Origin: a virus | Taxonomy: Duplodnaviria; Caudoviricetes | IMG/VR virus record: IMGVR_UViG_3300037791_000001 | Coordinates: 1 to 44,246 of that record | Length of the DNA stretch: 44,246 nt | Strand: one strand, 5' to 3' | Translations under genes and position numbers: made by a program | Shown here: positions 43,401-44,246 of the stretch, one piece after another | Position numbering within the stretch: position 1 is the first letter of the stretch | Layout: each line of letters opens with the position of its first letter | The notes under the pieces: generated by a model | Database searches by the model: none | Seen by the model: only the letters and a program-made list of their open reading frames with translations | What the model was told of the DNA's origin: nothing

Positions 43401-44246
43401 TCTGCCATGACCGACAGGTCGGCACCGCCCGGGGTGTAGATCGCCCGCTTGCCACCGAGCTTCTCGCGGTTCATGTCGCGCAGCGCTTCCTCGCCAAACT
43501 GGTCGACGATCTGCTGGCGGTTCAGGCGCGTCTCACCGGTCTGCAGGCGCTCGACCGTCTGGTAGGTGCGGGTCTGCCGCAGCTCTTCCTCGACGGTCGC
43601 CATCAGCGCCTTGCGTTCGGCGTTGTAGGTCTTGGTGCGCTGCAAGCGGATGCGCGCCATCAGCTTGCTCATCAGGCGCTGGCTGGCCTCGTCGTCTGCC
43701 TCGGTCGCGGTCTTGCGGTAGCGGTCATAGTCTGCCTCGTCCATCCCCGTCGGGCGCTCGAGGAACAGCGGCGAGATCTCCTGCTCGGCCTTGACCAGCG
43801 CGATCTCTTCCTCGGTCGCGAGCATGCGGTCCATGACGTCGCGGATCTCGGGCGAGAGCTCGACCTGCAGGTTGACGACCTGCCGGTAGATCCGGGTCAG
43901 CCAAGACTTGAAGCGCTCGAAGGCCGAGCGCAGCGCGATGGATGGGGCTTTGCCCTCCATGATGTAGGCCTCAAAGCTCCGGGCCCACGTCTCTTGCTGA
44001 TCGACCGTGTATTCGCTCGTGTCCTCGGGATCGCGCCCGAGGTACTCGTTGATCGTGCGGAAGTCGTCCAGCATGCCCTGCGGAGCCTGCGGATCGGTGG
44101 CCAGTTGCTTGAAGGCCTCGAGAAAGAAGTGCCCTGCCTCGTGCGCGAAGGTGGAGCGGTCGGCGCGCTCAAACAGGCGGATGACCGACTGCTCGCTATC
44201 GAGCCCGCCGCCGGGGAATGTGATCGAACCACGTGGCGCGGCCCCC
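40436..44246 (-). CDS. Giant internal virion/polyvalent protein, C-terminal part (continuation of 1..4224)
   Basis: Open frame from the join through HEAGHFFLE (44129-44143) and QETWARSFEAY, then GGYYPIRYD and GHTKERV to the stop at 40436. Confidence 0.9.
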   Translation of the reverse strand, partial: GAAPRGSITFPGGGLDSEQSVIRLFERADRSTFAHEAGHFFLEAFKQLATDPQAPQGMLDDFRTINEYLGRDPEDTSEYTVDQQETWARSFEAYIMEGKAPSIALRSAFERFKSWLTRIYRQVVNLQVELSPEIRDVMDRMLATEEEIALVKAEQEISPLFLERPTGMDEADYDRYRKTATEADDEASQRLMSKLMARIRLQRTKTYNAERKALMATVEEELRQTRTYQTVERLQTGETRLNRQQIVDQFGEEALRDMNREKLGGKRAIYTPGGADLSVMAELMGYDSETQMIEELRGAQKFSIAVELEVNKRLDQKYGDLLTDGSIKDAARAAMHSDKRGQLLTAEANQLRAQIEAAGGPTPPNLSREAIKQQARDMIQDMSVRQAASPNAFLRAERKAAGEAQRAFSRVARAPSGRLATTGAQDLIAAHAAKRRQLLNHYLYVEARKAEELVAKMRKQSTRLQKKSTREAVASPYIDEIYALLEQYDFRQLSPGQVAKQQNLAAFVAAMQAADREGELAIDDRLIQRSQRTHFSTLTVDELQGLKDTLDNLEHLGRTKMKLLDAKRERSYAEVQQSMLRSIEQNLPDQAPGLVERQGDARKRAGRIALNTVLSADAIINRLDGSVQGVGDVWRALKQPINEGLARVQVRKQQATEDFVELFKKHYTNKERLALNSKMLSVPEVGQTLPKQAILAIALNTGNRDNFERLTNPENAHSIPRDQVQAVLDRHMDERDWRFVQDVWDYIDSYWPEISAQERALTGVNPRKVDTAPQLTPYAFVKGGYYPIRYDPRLSGAVQDYDHNQMMENLKGGRFAKAQTRNGHTKERVSSTGKPLRLDLGIAIAHINDVIYDLEMRQPVQNSWRLLNDPQIDAALRRKDASEDAEALKLWVQDTANGDRWSGNGWSAAYRHLRGGLSIAKMGFSITTLVQQPTGLLQSAVVVGKGPLSKALWKYKNNPLRNAAAVRAMSPFMEERQQTFQRDLSVLTESMAEDPTFSRYNTFKQVMSAAAFYLIQKAQFYIVDVPTWMAAYDTELRKNGGDTDAAASVADQIVARAQGSGLLSDRTAFERGTLGKDTRNVELAKLMTTFGSYMMAKFSVATQRVRGTDLRNPAEFVSLLVDLLMLYTIETAIAIYLTGNWPDFEDEEEDPLLLFLAKETGFSIMSGLPLAREAASTLEGFGGGGTLAAAIEESSGLFTGAYRMGEIAVGLEDEDRARAALKDVLGGMGVLFQLPTIQLERTLDGMFDDDMQFRDDFTAMDLLLGRRPE
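44120..44246. repeat. Terminal direct repeat (copy 2)
   Basis: Identical to 1-127. Confidence 0.95.

Noticed and set aside
44120-44246. 127-bp terminal repeat as a biological T7-like direct terminal repeat
   Set aside because: It falls in the middle of a coding sequence and equals a typical assembler k-mer overlap; it only shows circularity.

Overview
The window is a complete, circularly permuted dsDNA podovirus genome of about 44,119 bp. Bases 44120-44246 repeat bases 1-127, most likely an assembly overlap. The virion module is BPP-1/T7-like: TerS/TerL, a T7-type portal, scaffold, major capsid, cement protein, tail tubular A/B, a GNAT and three ejection proteins. Four receptor-binding proteins and a holin/endolysin/spanin cassette follow on the minus strand. 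A plus-strand early block encodes a SleB-like hydrolase, dCTP deaminase, SNF2 helicase, Cas4-like nuclease, SSB-like protein, family A DNA polymerase and a dNTP diphosphohydrolase. A primase-helicase is transcribed divergently and is followed by an iteron-like origin. I see no RNA polymerase, integrase, tRNA, CRISPR array or reverse transcriptase. High GC and apparent GANTC avoidance suggest an alphaproteobacterial host (inference). The main things the ORF track misses are: (1) a ~2,635-aa ejection/polyvalent protein crossing the contig join, with a zincin HEAGH motif and a cargo module bounded by two TFEQ motifs; (2) a 97-aa gene with its own strong Shine-Dalgarno (SD) overprinted inside that module, possibly a nested effector/immunity pair; (3) a ~75-nt counter-transcribed RNA against the primase leader; (4) a palindromic operator inside early promoters; (5) three Lys-rich microproteins in the lysis cassette, one behind a perfect 13-nt complement of the 16S rRNA 3' end. 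All family calls come from motif recognition by eye, not database searches.
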